Assembly: GCF_018350175.1 (NCBI RefSeq)
Contig: NC_058383.1
Coordinates: forward strand, 26,786,001 to 26,850,000
DNA length: 64,000 nt
Reading direction: 5' to 3'
Origin: Felis catus
Lineage: Eukaryota
Position 1 is the stretch's first letter; each line of letters opens with the position of its first letter. Shown piece after piece: positions 12,900 to 25,589 of this stretch. The notes beneath the pieces were generated by a model. That model was not told the DNA's origin and did no database searches. It saw only the letters and a program-made list of their open reading frames with translations. A program made the translations under genes and the position numbers.

Positions 12900-13480
12900 T
12901 GAGATGTAATTTATGATCATTAAAATGCACCCATTTCAAGTGTATAGTTCATTGAGATTCAACAATCAGGATACAGAACATTTCTGTCACCCCAAAGATG
13001 CTCTTGCTTCTCTTCCCAGTTAATCATTAATTCCCAGCCCTGGTCCTGGGCAAATGCTGATCTACTTCTATTACAATATATTTTCTTTCCTAGAGTTTCC
13101 TATAAAAGCAGTCATACAGGATGTACTTCTGTGGTAGGATTCTTCTCAGAATAACAAACGGAGGGTTGATGGGGGGTGGGAGGGAGGGGAGGGTGGGTGA
13201 TGGGTATCGAGGAGGGCACCTTTTGGGATGAGCACTGGGTGTTGTATGGAAACAAATTTGACAATAAATTTCATATGTTGAAAAAAAAAAAGGATTCTTC
13301 TCAGAATAATGGTTTGGCTGTTCATGTGTGTTGCGTGTATCAGTAGTTCTTTTCTGTTTTAAAATTTGGACTGAGTAGTATTCCATTTTATACAAACAGC
13401 ATGTTATAATATACCATATACATTATAATATTAGACAGTATGTTTATCCATCCACATATTGAGAAAGATTTTATTTGGGG
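12900..13480 (-). mobile_element. Old L1M 3' fragment
   Basis: aaaatgcacccatttcaagtgtatagttca and gaacatttctgtcaccccaaa motifs. Confidence 0.65.
13153..13290 (+). mobile_element. Very short young felid L1 3' end with poly-A
   Basis: gggatgagcactgggtgttgtatggaaacaaatttgacaataaatttcat-(A)n; perfect TSD aggattcttctcagaat. Confidence 0.9.
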
Positions 13481-13653
13481 AAAGGTTTATGTCACCAAAA
13501 AGGTTGAAAACCACTTTTCCACCTTAATTGCATACTCTTGGGAACGATGGAGAACTCAATCTACACCATGATTTCCAGTGAGAAAGCAGGTCTCATGTTG
13601 GGAGATTAGGTGATAGGATGACTGAAGGTTTCTGTGGCCTTATTGAATACACA

Positions 13654-14140
13654 TGTGGCAGGCATCCCAGGCAGTGGTCCCCAGTTATCCTCACCTCCTG
13701 GTATTCATGTTTTTGTATAATATCCTCTCTTTTGGGGTGGGCTAGACTTCTAATGAATTGAATATGGCAGAAGTAATGGGCTATCACTTCTGCGTTTAAG
13801 TTATAAAAAAAAAAAAAAAACTACTTCTGTCTTAGGTGCTAGTTCTAGGATGGCTTTCTAGGGAAGCCAGCTATCATATCATGAATCCGTCCTGTGGCGA
13901 GGTCCATGTGGTAAGGGGTCAAGGCCTGCCAATAACCACAGAAATAAGCTTGGGAAGGAGACTGCCCCCAGTTGAATCCTCAAATGAGACTGCGATGTTT
14001 GATGGCTTAATTGCAATCTCAGGAGAAATCTCGAGTCAGAGGCACCCAGATAAGCTAAACCGAGCAATATAAACTGTGAGATAATTACTAAGTTACTAAG
14101 TTTGGGGGTCATTTGTTACACAGCGGAGATAACTAATACT
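13654..14140 (+). mobile_element. MaLR solo LTR (MLT1E/F-like)
   Basis: cacctcctggtattcatg, gaatatggcagaagt, ctaagtttggggg...tttgttacacagc...aactaatac. Confidence 0.8.
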
Positions 14141-14859
14141 GACAAAATTAAGTTATTGTTGTTAATTATTCCTATTGCTGCCATAGACTTCACCCTTCCT
14201 GGTTTCAATCCCAGGTTTAGCAGAGCCCTGGAGATATGTTATGGTAATAATCACCAAGCAGTAGACATAGAGTCAGGTACTTGTCAGGCACTTACTTACT
14301 TTAGGGGAGAAAGGACTGTAAGGTAACTAGAGCTAGTACAGAAGGGAGCTGGGTTTGAATCCAGGCAGTGACTCTACTGTCCCTCACTGTGACCATGACA
14401 CATCCTGCTGCCTTGGACACCAGCATCTCCCAGCCATCCACAAATGATCCTGGCCCCAACCTTCTCCTTATTCCTCTCTTGCCCCTTCTTCCCTGGATTC
14501 TCCCCGACCAACCCCGTCCCAGCTCCCACCTCAACCACTGCCAGGTCCGCCATCCTCCAGCTGCTTTTCCTGATCAAGGATGTCAGGGCGGACTACGTAG
14601 GTTGGGATCTTAGGAACTTTTCATCTTCCCCCTCCAGAGAACCGTCTGCCTTCCTTACTCCTTCTTCATCTCAGCGATTGTTCTTTTTTAGTCAGATGGA
14701 AACAGGAAGGTTTTCTTTCTAGGCCCCTTTCCCATATCAGGAATTAAAACAGTGTCTAAATGCAGTGAATATTAATGTATATTTGAAGGATAAAATGAAG
14801 CAGTGAAGGACTGAATTGCCCACTTGCTTGGGGAGACACCTTGGGGCTGGAAATGAGCT

Positions 14860-15060
14860 TGCTCTTTGGCCTCAGACTTGCCTTTGAATTCTAGCTCTGC
14901 TGGTCCTTGGCTGTGAGATCCTGGCCATGTGACTTCTCTGTGCCTCTGTTTTCTCATCCCTAAAATGGGAGCATCAATTTTTTTATGGCTAAAGATGAAG
15001 TGATACTGTCCATAAAATAGCACAGTGCCTGGTACAATATAATTAGTCCATTTATTACCA
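14860..15060 (+). mobile_element. MIR
   Basis: acttctctgtgcctctgttttctcatc core. Confidence 0.7.
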
Positions 15061-15219
15061 GTGTTGTTGTTGCCTAATTCTTATTTGTGCATTTTCAGAT
15101 GTCTTTTCTCAAAGTTGAGGAGTTCTTCAATGAAAAAGACTGTCTCCACCAGCATTTACCTCCCCTGGGTCATCTTTCCTCCCCTGGGTCACATCCTCTT
15201 TCACTCCGTCACGGTATAA

Positions 15220-15490
15220 AAGGGCAGGATGGTGCAGAGGTCCAAGAGTACGGCCTGTGCAGTCAGAGAAACTGGTATCGAACCGTGGCTCTTCCATTTC
15301 TTAAACAAATGACCTTGGGCAAATTATGAGCGTCACCAGGCCTGTGGATAAAACGGCAAGAATAGTAGCTCCAGCATGGTGGCATTGTGGCGGAGGTTGG
15401 TGGAGGTAATTAATGCACGTAAGATACTCATGGTGGTGCCGGCGCACAATGATAACCCAGCAAATGCAAGTTCTTATTATCATTATTGTA
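15220..15490 (+). mobile_element. MIR
   Basis: tgaccttgggcaaattat and gaggtaattaatgcacgtaa motifs. Confidence 0.6.
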
Positions 15491-16594
15491 GGAGTTGGTG
15501 GAGGATGCTGAGGCCTGAGGCCACCCCTCCTCCAGCTTCTAAAGCCTAAGTATTTTACTCTAAAACATTCTGCAGGCACCTGCAGGGATTTCCGCTGTGC
15601 TTTGGACAGCGGTGGCCCATTTGGATCGGTAGAAGGCTCTTTTCCTCTTGTCTGTCTTGCCTGGGGGTGGGGAGGGGGGTGGTTCTCTTTGTGTGTTAGA
15701 CTCCTATTCATGGATCGTCTGCCAGAGACTTGGACCAAGATTTCTTACTCTGCTTTTCAGATTTTCTTCCCCTAATGGTCCTGTTCTGTGCTGTCACCCT
15801 GGTGCCCTCCCCTCCTCTCCAGCCCTCAGCAGCTGGCAGGAAATGTTTATAGAAGAAGCTTTTCTTTCTCTTTTTAATAGCCTCCTAGGCTGCAACCTCC
15901 CAAATGAGAACCTTGTTAACCAGAAGGACTCTAGGCTACTGATTTATATTCCAGTCATCAAGAGAGGAAAGAGAATTAGAGAGGGAGAAAGAAAATGCTA
16001 ACGTGTCCATGGACTAGTTCCAACACCCTTTCTGATAAGGAGTGTGTGTATCTATTTATGTTCTGGGTGCTAAGGGATTCCTTCTAGATTTTAGTATTTG
16101 ACCTGTTATCCTTGGGTCACGTGGATTCTTTGTTCCTCCTGTGGGTGTGCTGAAAACAAGAGTAACAAATTTATTCTCCTGCCATTTAAACAAAAGATTT
16201 GTTACTTTCAAGTAATAAAGGTACTTGTTTCAACAGAAATGTTAGGATCTCAGCAAAGATGGTGTCCAAGCTCATGGTGGCTTCAGAGGACGGGTAAGGG
16301 CTTACCTCCTATCACTCTCCGCAGATACTCATGGGCCAATATCTCTCCATGGGTAGTTATGAGAGAGTCATAAAACTTACAAGTGATAATCTTTCGTGGC
16401 CAGAATTCTAGCCCAGTGGTTCAAGGAAGGCTTCCAGGAGGAGGAAGTGCATTTAGAACTTGGCTTTGAAAGTTGGTGTCATAGAGAATGCAGGCTGTTC
16501 CCCAATATCCATTCCCCTCTACTTCCATAACAGAATACCTAATTTTTAGCCGGCTCATCCCCTCACCCCCAAGAAAGACAATACTTCTTTGGAA

Positions 16595-17099
16595 TCTTGC
16601 TTGCAACACTCGCCACGATTATTTCCCTTCCTGTACGCACATCCTTTTGCAGGGTGACTTGGTAACACCTCCTGTTTAGCGATGGAGTCTTTCCCCATTC
16701 TTGAATCCAAGCCAGACTTGTGATTTGCTTTGTTCAGTACAATGCAATGGAAGTGACATTGTGCTAATCCCAAGCCTAGGCCTCCAGAGGCCTTGCATAC
16801 CTCCACTCACCCTTTTGGAATCCTGCCTGACCATCATGTGACCAAGCCAGAGTTAGCCTTCTGGATGATAGGAGCCTGTTTGGAGCAGGGACAAACTTTC
16901 CTAGCAGAGGTCATCCTAGACCAGCCAATCAGACAGCTAACTACAGGCACATGAGTACTCACCCAAGGCCACAAAAACCACCTAGCTGAACTGAGCCCAA
17001 ATTACCAACGCATAGAATCATGTGGTGGGTAAATGCTTATTGTTTTAAGCTACTGTGTTAGGACGTGGTGGTTTGTGATGTATCAAAGTAGTTAATACA
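16595..17099 (+). mobile_element. MaLR solo LTR (MLT1G/H-like)
   Basis: cttgtgatttgctttg...ccaagcctaggcctccagaggccttgc...ttgttttaagctactg. Confidence 0.7.
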
Positions 17100-17505
17100 A
17101 TTTCCCATGCAGCTAGGTGTGTCTGCATAACCAGGTTTTGTTGGGTGACATGTAAGTGACTGTGTTGTGTATGATTCCTGGGCTGGGGGAGCAGATTTCT
17201 TTATAGGGAGGAAGCATGCTTTTCTTCCATATTTCTTGTTCCCTAATGACGAGAATGAGAAGGTAATAGCTGGAGCTCCAGCAGCCATTCTGGGTCAGGA
17301 AGGGAGTTTAGGAATGGAAGGAACCCAGTGCAGAAAAATAATTTAGGAGGATCTTGTTCCTCTGAAGCCATAGATTGCCTCTCTAATCCTATTCTGACTA
17401 CTTCTAAATTTATTAAGCAAAAGGGATAAACTTTTTCCTTTTTTAGGCCACTGGTGTTTTGAGTTTTATGGTGAAATCATAGCTGAACCTAATCCCAAAT
17501 AATAC
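17100..17505 (+). mobile_element. Old MaLR LTR (MLT1J/K-like)
   Basis: atagctggagctccagcagccatt and agctgaacctaatccc motifs. Confidence 0.55.
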
Positions 17506-17642
17506 CAATGGTTGGGATTTAGATAAGCAGGAATGGTAGGAAAGAGTACTCATACCAGAGGGAATTTGTAGAGGGAATATCTTGGATAATGTTTCAGAAA
17601 AAGAAAAAGTGTGGGTGGTGAAAAGACTGCATGGTATTTCTT

Positions 17643-17855
17643 TAAAATTTTTTTTTAACGTTTATTTATTTTTGAGACAGAGAGAGAGCATGAACGGGGG
17701 AGGGTCAGAGAGAGAGGGAGACACAGAATCTGAAACAGGCTCCAGGCTCTGAGCCGTCAGCACAGAGCCCGACGCGGGGCTCGAACTCACATACCGCGAG
17801 ATCGTGACCTGAGCCGAAGTCGGACGCTTAACCGACTGAGCCACCCAGACGCCCC
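17643..17855 (-). mobile_element. Can-SINE (young)
   Basis: Perfect 18-bp TSD gactgcatggtatttctt. Confidence 0.96.
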
Positions 17856-18374
17856 GACTGCATGGTATTTCTTAAGGGAAACACTGGGTGATAGGGCTGG
17901 GAACAGTTTGGGGCCAGCTTTTGCAAGGCCTTGAAGGGTAGGCTAAGACATTTGGAGAATGTGGCACAACAGATGTCTGAAGCCTTATAAAAATCAGAGT
18001 AAGGAATTCACTGATTCATTTCCTCCGGGGAGTTCATGTTCCAGTGAGAGAGACAAGATAACAAAATAATAGGATGATTACAGATTGTGATTAATGGTCT
18101 GTGTGATATGATGCTGACTAACTGTTGGATGCAGGCAAGTACTTTAGAGAGGTTGGTCAGAGAAAGATTTTTTTTTTTTTAATTTTTAGAATCCTGTGCC
18201 AGGCATTGTGCAGAAGTCTAGGGACACAGGGAGTGATAACACACAGTTTCTGTCGTGAAGGATCTGTCTGTGGCTGTGAAGAGATCACAGTCTTGTGTGG
18301 TGGTAGGGTTAATCGGGAACAATTTCCTAGAGGAGGTGGGAGAGCGCCAAAGCAAGTAATTTAGTCTTCCCATC

Positions 18375-18825
18375 TGTATCAGTCAGATGTGGCTGTGATA
18401 AAACTGTGTAACATACACCCCCCCCCCCCCAAATCTTTGCTTACCACGAAAATGATTTTTCTCACAGGTCTGCATGTAGGCTGTGATTCTGCGGGGCTCT
18501 GCTGGATCGGCTTGCTTGATTCCAGGCCCAGGTCTGTTGTATGTATCTCCTCATCCTGGGACCATTGGCTACGCAAGGTTTGATCTTCTCACGGTCGATG
18601 GCGGAAGTTCAAGAGATCAAGCTGAGTCACAGAGGCACATTTAAAGCCTCTGCTTCTATTGCATCTACTCACACTACTGGCCACAGCAAGTCACATGACC
18701 AAGACTGACAACCACGGGTCAGAAAGAATACTCTACCCACAGTGAGAAAATGTCAAAGGTACAAGGATGTTTAATTCTGTAATGCAGGGAGTGAAAGGTT
18801 GGAAACAGTAAGTCAGTCTTTCATA
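18375..18825 (-). mobile_element. Old MaLR LTR (MLT1H-like)
   Basis: ggccacagcaagtcacatgaccaag and atttaaagcctctgct motifs. Confidence 0.6.
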
Positions 18826-18966
18826 GTATTCAAGGAAGTGAGGTACTTCTCCATTTTTTCAGAAATCTCATGTATGTCTGAGTATTTTGGTAATTTTTTT
18901 CAAGAAATCTTTTCTATTTCCTGTTAGATTTATTGCAAAACACCATTATCCTTTTTGTCTAAATTT

Positions 18967-19185
18967 AAAAATAATTTTTTTAAAGTTTATTTATATTTGA
19001 GAGAGAGAAAGAGAGACAGACAGACCTTGAGCAGGGGAGGGCAGAGAGACAGAGACAGAATCCGAAGCAGGCTCCAGGCTCCGAGCTGCAAGCTGTCAGC
19101 ACAGAACCTGATGCGGGCCTTGAACCCACGAGCAATGAGATCATGACCTGAGCCAAAGTCAGATGCTTAACCAACTGAACGCCCC
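18967..19185 (-). mobile_element. Can-SINE
   Basis: TSD ttgtctaaattt; small deletion in the head. Confidence 0.92.
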
Positions 19186-19444
19186 TTGTCTAAATTTTTA
19201 CTTAAAAAATTACATATGCATACATGGTAAAAACTTCAAAAAGGAGTACTGAAAGATATTAACAGTGAACATAAGGGTGGCCCTTCCCAAGAGGCAAATC
19301 CTGGGTTTCTTTTCAGAGATATTCTGTGTGTGTACAAACAACAAACAAATATTTTGGTTTTTTTAGTGTTAAGTTTTTATTTTAATTCTGGTTGAGTTAA
19401 CATACATAACCAAATATTTTCTTACATTAAAAAAATACAAAATG

Positions 19445-19634
19445 CGGGCGCCTGGGTGGCTCAGTTGGTTAAATGTCCAACTTCTGCCCAAGTCATGATA
19501 TCACCGATCATGGGTTCGAGCCCTGCGTCGGGCTCTGTGCTGACAGCTCAGAGCCTGGAGCCTGCTTCTGATTCTGTGTCTGCCTGTCTCTTTCCATCTC
19601 TCAAAAATGAATAAATGTTAAAAAAAATGTTTTT
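19445..19634 (+). mobile_element. Can-SINE inside old L1M
   Basis: TSD aatacaaaatg. Confidence 0.93.
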
Positions 19635-20231
19635 AATACAAAATGGCATTCCACTATACTTGTTCCCCTGTATCTCCCTTCTTCTCTTCTGTTTAACAAT
19701 GTATCTTAGAGGTGGTGCCATTTCAGTTCAGCGAGGCCCATTTCATTGTGTTTAATGGCTACATTGTTTTCGGCTGTGAGGCTGTGCTGTAATTTATTTA
19801 ATCAGAGCCATATTGAAAGACATTTGGATTATGTCCAATCTTTTGCTACCATAACCAAGGCTGCATTAAGTACCCTGGAACATCTATCTTTATGCACATG
19901 TGTGAGTATATCAGTAGGTTAAATCTCTAAGCAGAAATTGCTAGATCAAGGGATATGCAACTTAACATTTGATGGATATTGACTCTCTGTTTCTAAAAAG
20001 AAAGAATGATTTCTTCCAGCATGTCTACTGATCTCTGTCTGCCCCCCCATCTTCCTCTGATTCTTGTCCCATGGTATTGTTCAGGGCTGAACCAATGGAA
20101 TAAAGTAGTTCAAAACTTATTCCTCTAGGATCTCTGGGGAGAGTTTGAGTAGTATCCTTTGAATCTTGACCAAAAAAAAAAAATTGAAGATGGGGAAGAA
20201 CCTGGTACTGCTGTTGTTACCCAGATCATCC

Positions 20232-20233
20232 AT

Positions 20234-20268
<35 letters not shown>

Positions 20269-20482
20269 TTAAAAAAATTTTTTTAATGTTTTATTTTTGA
20301 GACAGAGAAAGACAGAGCGGGAGCAGGGGAAGGGCAGAGAGAGAGGGAGACCCAGAAACCGAAGCAGGCTCCAGGCTCTGAGCTGTCAGCACAGAGCCCT
20401 ATGCGGGGCTCGAACCCACAAAATGTGAGATCATGACCTGAGCCAAAGTTGACGCTTAACCGACTGAGCCGCCCAGATGCCC
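20232..20482 (-). mobile_element. Can-SINE with (TTTA)n tail
   Basis: Full-length; flanked by catttattt. Confidence 0.95.
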
Positions 20483-20529
20483 CATTTATTTTTTATTTTT
20501 TATTGTTTTAATGTCCAGATCATCGTTTT

Positions 20530-20742
20530 TTGTTTTTTCAACGTTTTATTTATTTTTGGGGCAGAGAGAGACAGAGCATGAACGGGGGAGGGGCAGAGAG
20601 AGAGGGAGACACAGAATCGGAAACAGGCTCCAGGCTCCGAGCCATCAGCCCAGAGCCTGACGCGGGGCTTGAACTCCCGGACCGCGAGATCGTGACCTGG
20701 CTGAAGTCGGACGCTTAACCGACTGCGCCACCCAGGCGCCCC
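20530..20742 (-). mobile_element. Can-SINE, youngest subfamily
   Basis: Diagnostic gtggcgcag and cagccaggtc head; TSD cagatcatcgtttt. Confidence 0.96.
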
Positions 20743-22531
20743 CAGATCATCGTTTTAATGAGAGCACTGGAGGATCATCCAGTGTTGTTCTCACCAACAT
20801 GTTTACCCAGGAACTCCAGACTGCAAGTGGAATGATTTATATTCCTGGGAGATCCCAGTAAAAAGTGTGCACAATACCCTTTAATTTGATCTGCTTTCCC
20901 TGTTGCACCTAAATATTTAGGGCAAATAGAAAATAGTTCTGATTTACAGTCTCTATAAAAATTTTAAACAACCTAATAGGACATTTGATCATGAAATTGC
21001 CTGAAATAATGTTGGTGGTAGTCAGCCATATTTCTTTGAAATGGCCTGTAACTTCAGTGCAAACCCCCAAACATGGATTTTTTTCCCTTGCTAATAACAG
21101 CCTTATTAATAAAAGAATGATTTTCTTTACAGATCTTCACCAGCTGGGTTCCGATGCCTTTGTTCAATAAAGGTAGAGATAATAACTGTCTCTAAAAAGA
21201 AAATGTGCCGAGGTTCCCAGGAGAAGTGGTGGAAACAAATCTTTTATTAAATCATATCAAATTGTGTTTCTTGTTTACTTTTCTCATTTTGTAAGTCACA
21301 GTCATATCTGCTAGTTTTGGTAAACCTTGCCTCACAGTCGTAAAAAAAAAAAAAAAAACCTAGCAATTTGGAGGCTTGGTGTTCTTAAAGCTAAATGCTG
21401 TGTGATCAATCGGGGTGATAAATTTCACACAATTAACTGCCGTGATGACATTTCTGAGTCTGTTGGTCTATTTTCCCCCGCTGACATCTTAGGCGATTGG
21501 TTAACTTCTGCCTATATTTGCAGATGTTCCAAGGATGCCTAGAAAAAGAACATCAGGAAAATGTAGTCAATATCTGGAGTTTTTACCTGTTCACAAATTT
21601 GTGACCCTTAGAGTAATAACATCTCTATTTTCCTTTGAGGGCAGGTGGCTCACATAGGCTAGCTCTATTCCTACTGCGAGCAGAGGCGTATGACCCAGAC
21701 CTGGCCAATCAAAACATCCTTGCTCAAGGTGGACCAATCAGAGCCAGTGAGAATCCTGGGACTTGTACTACGACTACTGGAAATGAGAACTTTCTTGATT
21801 GGAATTCGTTAAAGAACGAGATGTAAACCTGCTTATGGTTATCTTCCCTCTCCATGGGAAGAGTACTCTCGAAGGAAGACAGGACAGAGAAAGACAGCCA
21901 AGAAGTGGAGGAAGACAGATTCCTGATGAGATCACTTGAATTCTTGAGTCTAATTATGCCTGAAGTTTTACTCATCAATTAGGCAAGCTAATCAATTTTA
22001 ATTTTTTGCTTAAGTCCATTTTGTTGGCCACTTGCCTCCCAAAGAGTCTTAAACACTTGTGTTTTATAACTTTCAGTAAAGTCTCATATGTAGGAGAGCA
22101 TGTGGAACAGCAACATTACCCATGCCTACAATAATAGATCAGTCCTATTTTCTCTCGTGTTCTCAGTGGTCACCATTGTATAATGGACTGTCTTCAGGTA
22201 GGTGCACCTGCTCCAGGCCACAGCTCATCAGAGGGCCTTGGCCAGCATATGTCTTGTGTTTCCAAGAATTGTCATTGCTAGAATTACTCATGGTTGTCCC
22301 ATATTCATACTCTGTGGATATGGGATTTGTGCTATGCCCTGTCCTTCCCCTGCTCTACCCCAGGGGCTCAGTAGTTCCTTGTGAATGCAGTTGTGCTTAT
22401 CTGTGCCCTAGAGAATTCAGAATGAGATTTCCTGGCAGCTGGCCACTGGTATCTTCTCCCAGCCTTGCATCTCTAAGATCTTGGGTCCATTTCTAGTTCT
22501 TTCTTTGTCTTGCTCAAATTAAGCAATCACC

Positions 22532-22743
22532 GGGGCGCCTGGGTGGCTCAGTCGGTTAAGCATCCGACTTCAGCTCAGGTCACGATCTCGCGGTCCGTGG
22601 GTTCGAGCCCCGCGTCGGGCTCTGGGCTGATGGCTCGGAGCCTGGAGCCTGCTTCCGATTCTGTGTGTCTCCCTCTCTCTCTGCCCCTCCCCCGTTCATG
22701 CTCTGTCTCTCTCTGTCTCCAAAATAAAAAATAATAAAAAAAT
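22532..22743 (+). mobile_element. Can-SINE (young)
   Basis: Perfect TSD aaattaagcaatcac. Confidence 0.96.
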
Positions 22744-22919
22744 AAATTAAGCAATCACTTTATTTGAATGGGAGAGTTGATGTAGACAGCGATACAGGCT
22801 AACGTTCGTAACGTGCCTTTTGCATATCAGACACCGTGCTTGGCACATTCATGTGTGCTCAGTCCATCTTGTGAGTTTCCCATAACACTTAATGTATTCT
22901 TCTATTTAATACTTTTTAT

Positions 22920-23110
22920 GGTCTTGACACTATGCTAGGTGTTTTACCAGAATAGCTAATTTAATCCTTATAGAATCAGGACAGAGGTATCATTATCTCC
23001 ATTGATAAGATGAGGTTGGGAAAGTTTAAGTAGTTTCCCAGTGTCATGCAATGAGGAAGTGGTGGAAACAGGATTTCAACCCAGGACAGAATGACTCCAA
23101 ATCCAGTTTT
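22920..23110 (-). mobile_element. MIR
   Basis: atttaatcctta...attatctccatt...gatgagg...caggatttcaacccagg. Confidence 0.65.
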
Positions 23111-24389
23111 CTTACTTCCTACACTAGCACTTACTACGTTGTAGTTATTGGCTTGTGTGTCTCTCTCTCACCTGTGAACTCCCTGACCTCTCAACACTCA
23201 TGTGTTATCTTTGGACCCCAGTACTCCCTCACTCTAGAGTCTTGCTTAGAGGAGTAAGTTCTCAAAAACTATAGACTGACTGAAGAAATCTTCACAACAA
23301 CTCTATTTTTCTTTCCATTTTACACATGAGCAAATTTAGGCTTAGGATGGTTAAGGGACTTACCCAACGCCAGGAACTAGCATTCACAAAATATAATCCT
23401 ATAATCCTGAAATGTCCCTGCTTCAACTGAGAATTGAGAAAGATATTCTATAAGCTGAAGAGAGGGGTCTTTGGGATGTTCATTCATCCAATATAGATAG
23501 GTTAATGAAGGCTCCATTAGGGTGGATTACCATGCAGAAAGCGGTGCAGACGTTTTATGAAAGGGAGCTGCATGTATGTTACTGAATCTGCTCTTGAGCT
23601 CCTTATAACTTGTGAGCAGGCAGAACACTGCTTAATGGTGCTGGACAAAGCTCAAGTGAAAATGGCTCCAGTGGGGAAATCTTTTATGGAAACTGAAATG
23701 ATTGTTTTAGGAATCCGAATTGTAATTTTTCACTTCTTAGTCTCTGGTCTCTTGAGTCCCGGTCTATATCATGGGCGTATTTCATAATGGAATTCTGGTG
23801 ACTTTGCCCAGTGTAAGGGGCACTGCAGTGGCAGGCAGGCAAGCTCAATGTGTGGAGGGAGGCAGCAAGTTAGATATTTAGAGGCAGAGACTAGGACTTT
23901 GTTAGATGGAACCGACAGCTCTAAAGGGCACCTCAAGGAAACACATTTCTCAGGGCATCTAAGAACATGAGAGCTGAGCCCAGGGTCTGATGTAGCTCTC
24001 TCTGTTTGAAAGCACTGACATTCTGTTAAGCTAATGATGAGTTTTCTTCTCTTTTCTCCCAACACCAAGACTAGGCAAAAAAAAAAAAATGCAGGGGAAG
24101 AAAGAACAAGAAACAATTTCCAAAGTCTTCAGGGTCCGTAGGCTGGCTTTTGAACTAAGTCACACTGCTGTCATCCTCCAGGCTGCTTGTACTTTTGCAG
24201 TAGTCATTGGCAGATTAATGAGTTTCATGAAAGTTAAGAGAAAATAGCAGCTGGAAATAGCACTAAAGGTTTCAAGGACATTTTGGGGGAGGGGGTGAAA
24301 TATGTCGTCACCCTCATGTACTCATGGAAGCATGTAGGTTATGTCATTAGCTAAAAATCCCAGCCATGAAGTCAAGAATGCATGTAATT

Positions 24390-24700
24390 TACCCACTCAC
24401 TTACCCACCAGCCATCCATCCATCCACCCACCCATCCATCCATCTATCCACTGATCCATCCATCCACTCACCAACCACCCATCCATCTAGCCTTTCATCC
24501 ATCCATCCACCCACCCACACATCCATCTACCCATTCATCCTCCACCCACCCACCCACCCACACATCCATCCATCCACCCACCAACCACCCATCCATCTAG
24601 CCATTCATCCATCTACCCATCCATCCATCCATCCACCCACACACACACATCCATCTACCCATTCATCCTCCACCCACCTAACCATCGATTTTACCCATCC
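24390..24700. repeat. Degenerate (CCAT/CCAC)n tetranucleotide repeat
   Basis: Direct inspection; explains the HPS-rich ORF. Confidence 0.93.
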
Positions 24701-25589
24701 ACTTAACATTTAACAAACACAGACAATGTGCCAGGCATTATCTAAGGCTACCAGTATTTGGTTCTCTGGAACTTTCAAGACTGCGTTTTTTTGCTATAAC
24801 ATAATTTCAGAAAGCAAATTTGCTGTTGGGAGCTTTCGTTACGGTGAAGCAAAATGGCATATTGAGTTTCTATAGATTTTGACTCTTATATAACTGTACA
24901 CTTGGCACTGAAAATCTTATGCAACTTATTTGGGAAAAGATGGTCTACAGTACAAGTTGCTGCATCATGCAGAAAGACGGGCCGCAAGAAACAGTTTTTG
25001 TTTAGGGTTTGTTTTTCAGGAGAAGCTGTGAAATTGTTGAGCTGAAGTTGTTTTGCTTGGTCAGGTGTTACTAGTCCACTAAAAATAAGCCTGTATTAGT
25101 GGACATCTTAGAAACTAAGAAAGCTCAGCTGCAAGGGAATTAATAGACTCGTACTTTGTTACGCACTACCACATGGAACTTCACTGAAGTTCTCTGAACA
25201 CGAGTGGTAGACAGTGATGCTAAGTGTGAGGAACCGGAGGCACACGGCCTGTTTCAGATCTCTGACCTTCCACTGATTTGCTCCACGGCCTGGGAAAAGC
25301 TGTCTACCCTCTCTGTTTTTAAAACAAAAATAGGACCGACATCAAAACTTACATTCATGGTGTTTTTTCTGAGCATTAAATGTGACAGTGCTCATTTTTG
25401 GTGAGCAAGGTAGGTACTTCAGGGACACAGAGTAGATATATTCAGATTTGCTGGTCAGAGCGAGTTCGCCACGATTTTCTTTCCTTTCTTATGTTCTCCT
25501 CCTTCTCCCATTCTTTCTTTCGCTCCTCCCATACCACGAGTGTTTCTTCTAGCATATGGAATGGAGATTTCTGTATTCTCCTTTCATAT

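Noticed and set aside
15099..15212. Possible exon after the acceptor tgcattttcag
   Set aside because: Weak donor, unrecognisable peptide, a local cctcccctgggtca duplication, and flanking MIRs
24366..24713. His/Pro/Ser-rich 115-aa ORF
   Set aside because: Translation of the CCAT/CCAC repeat
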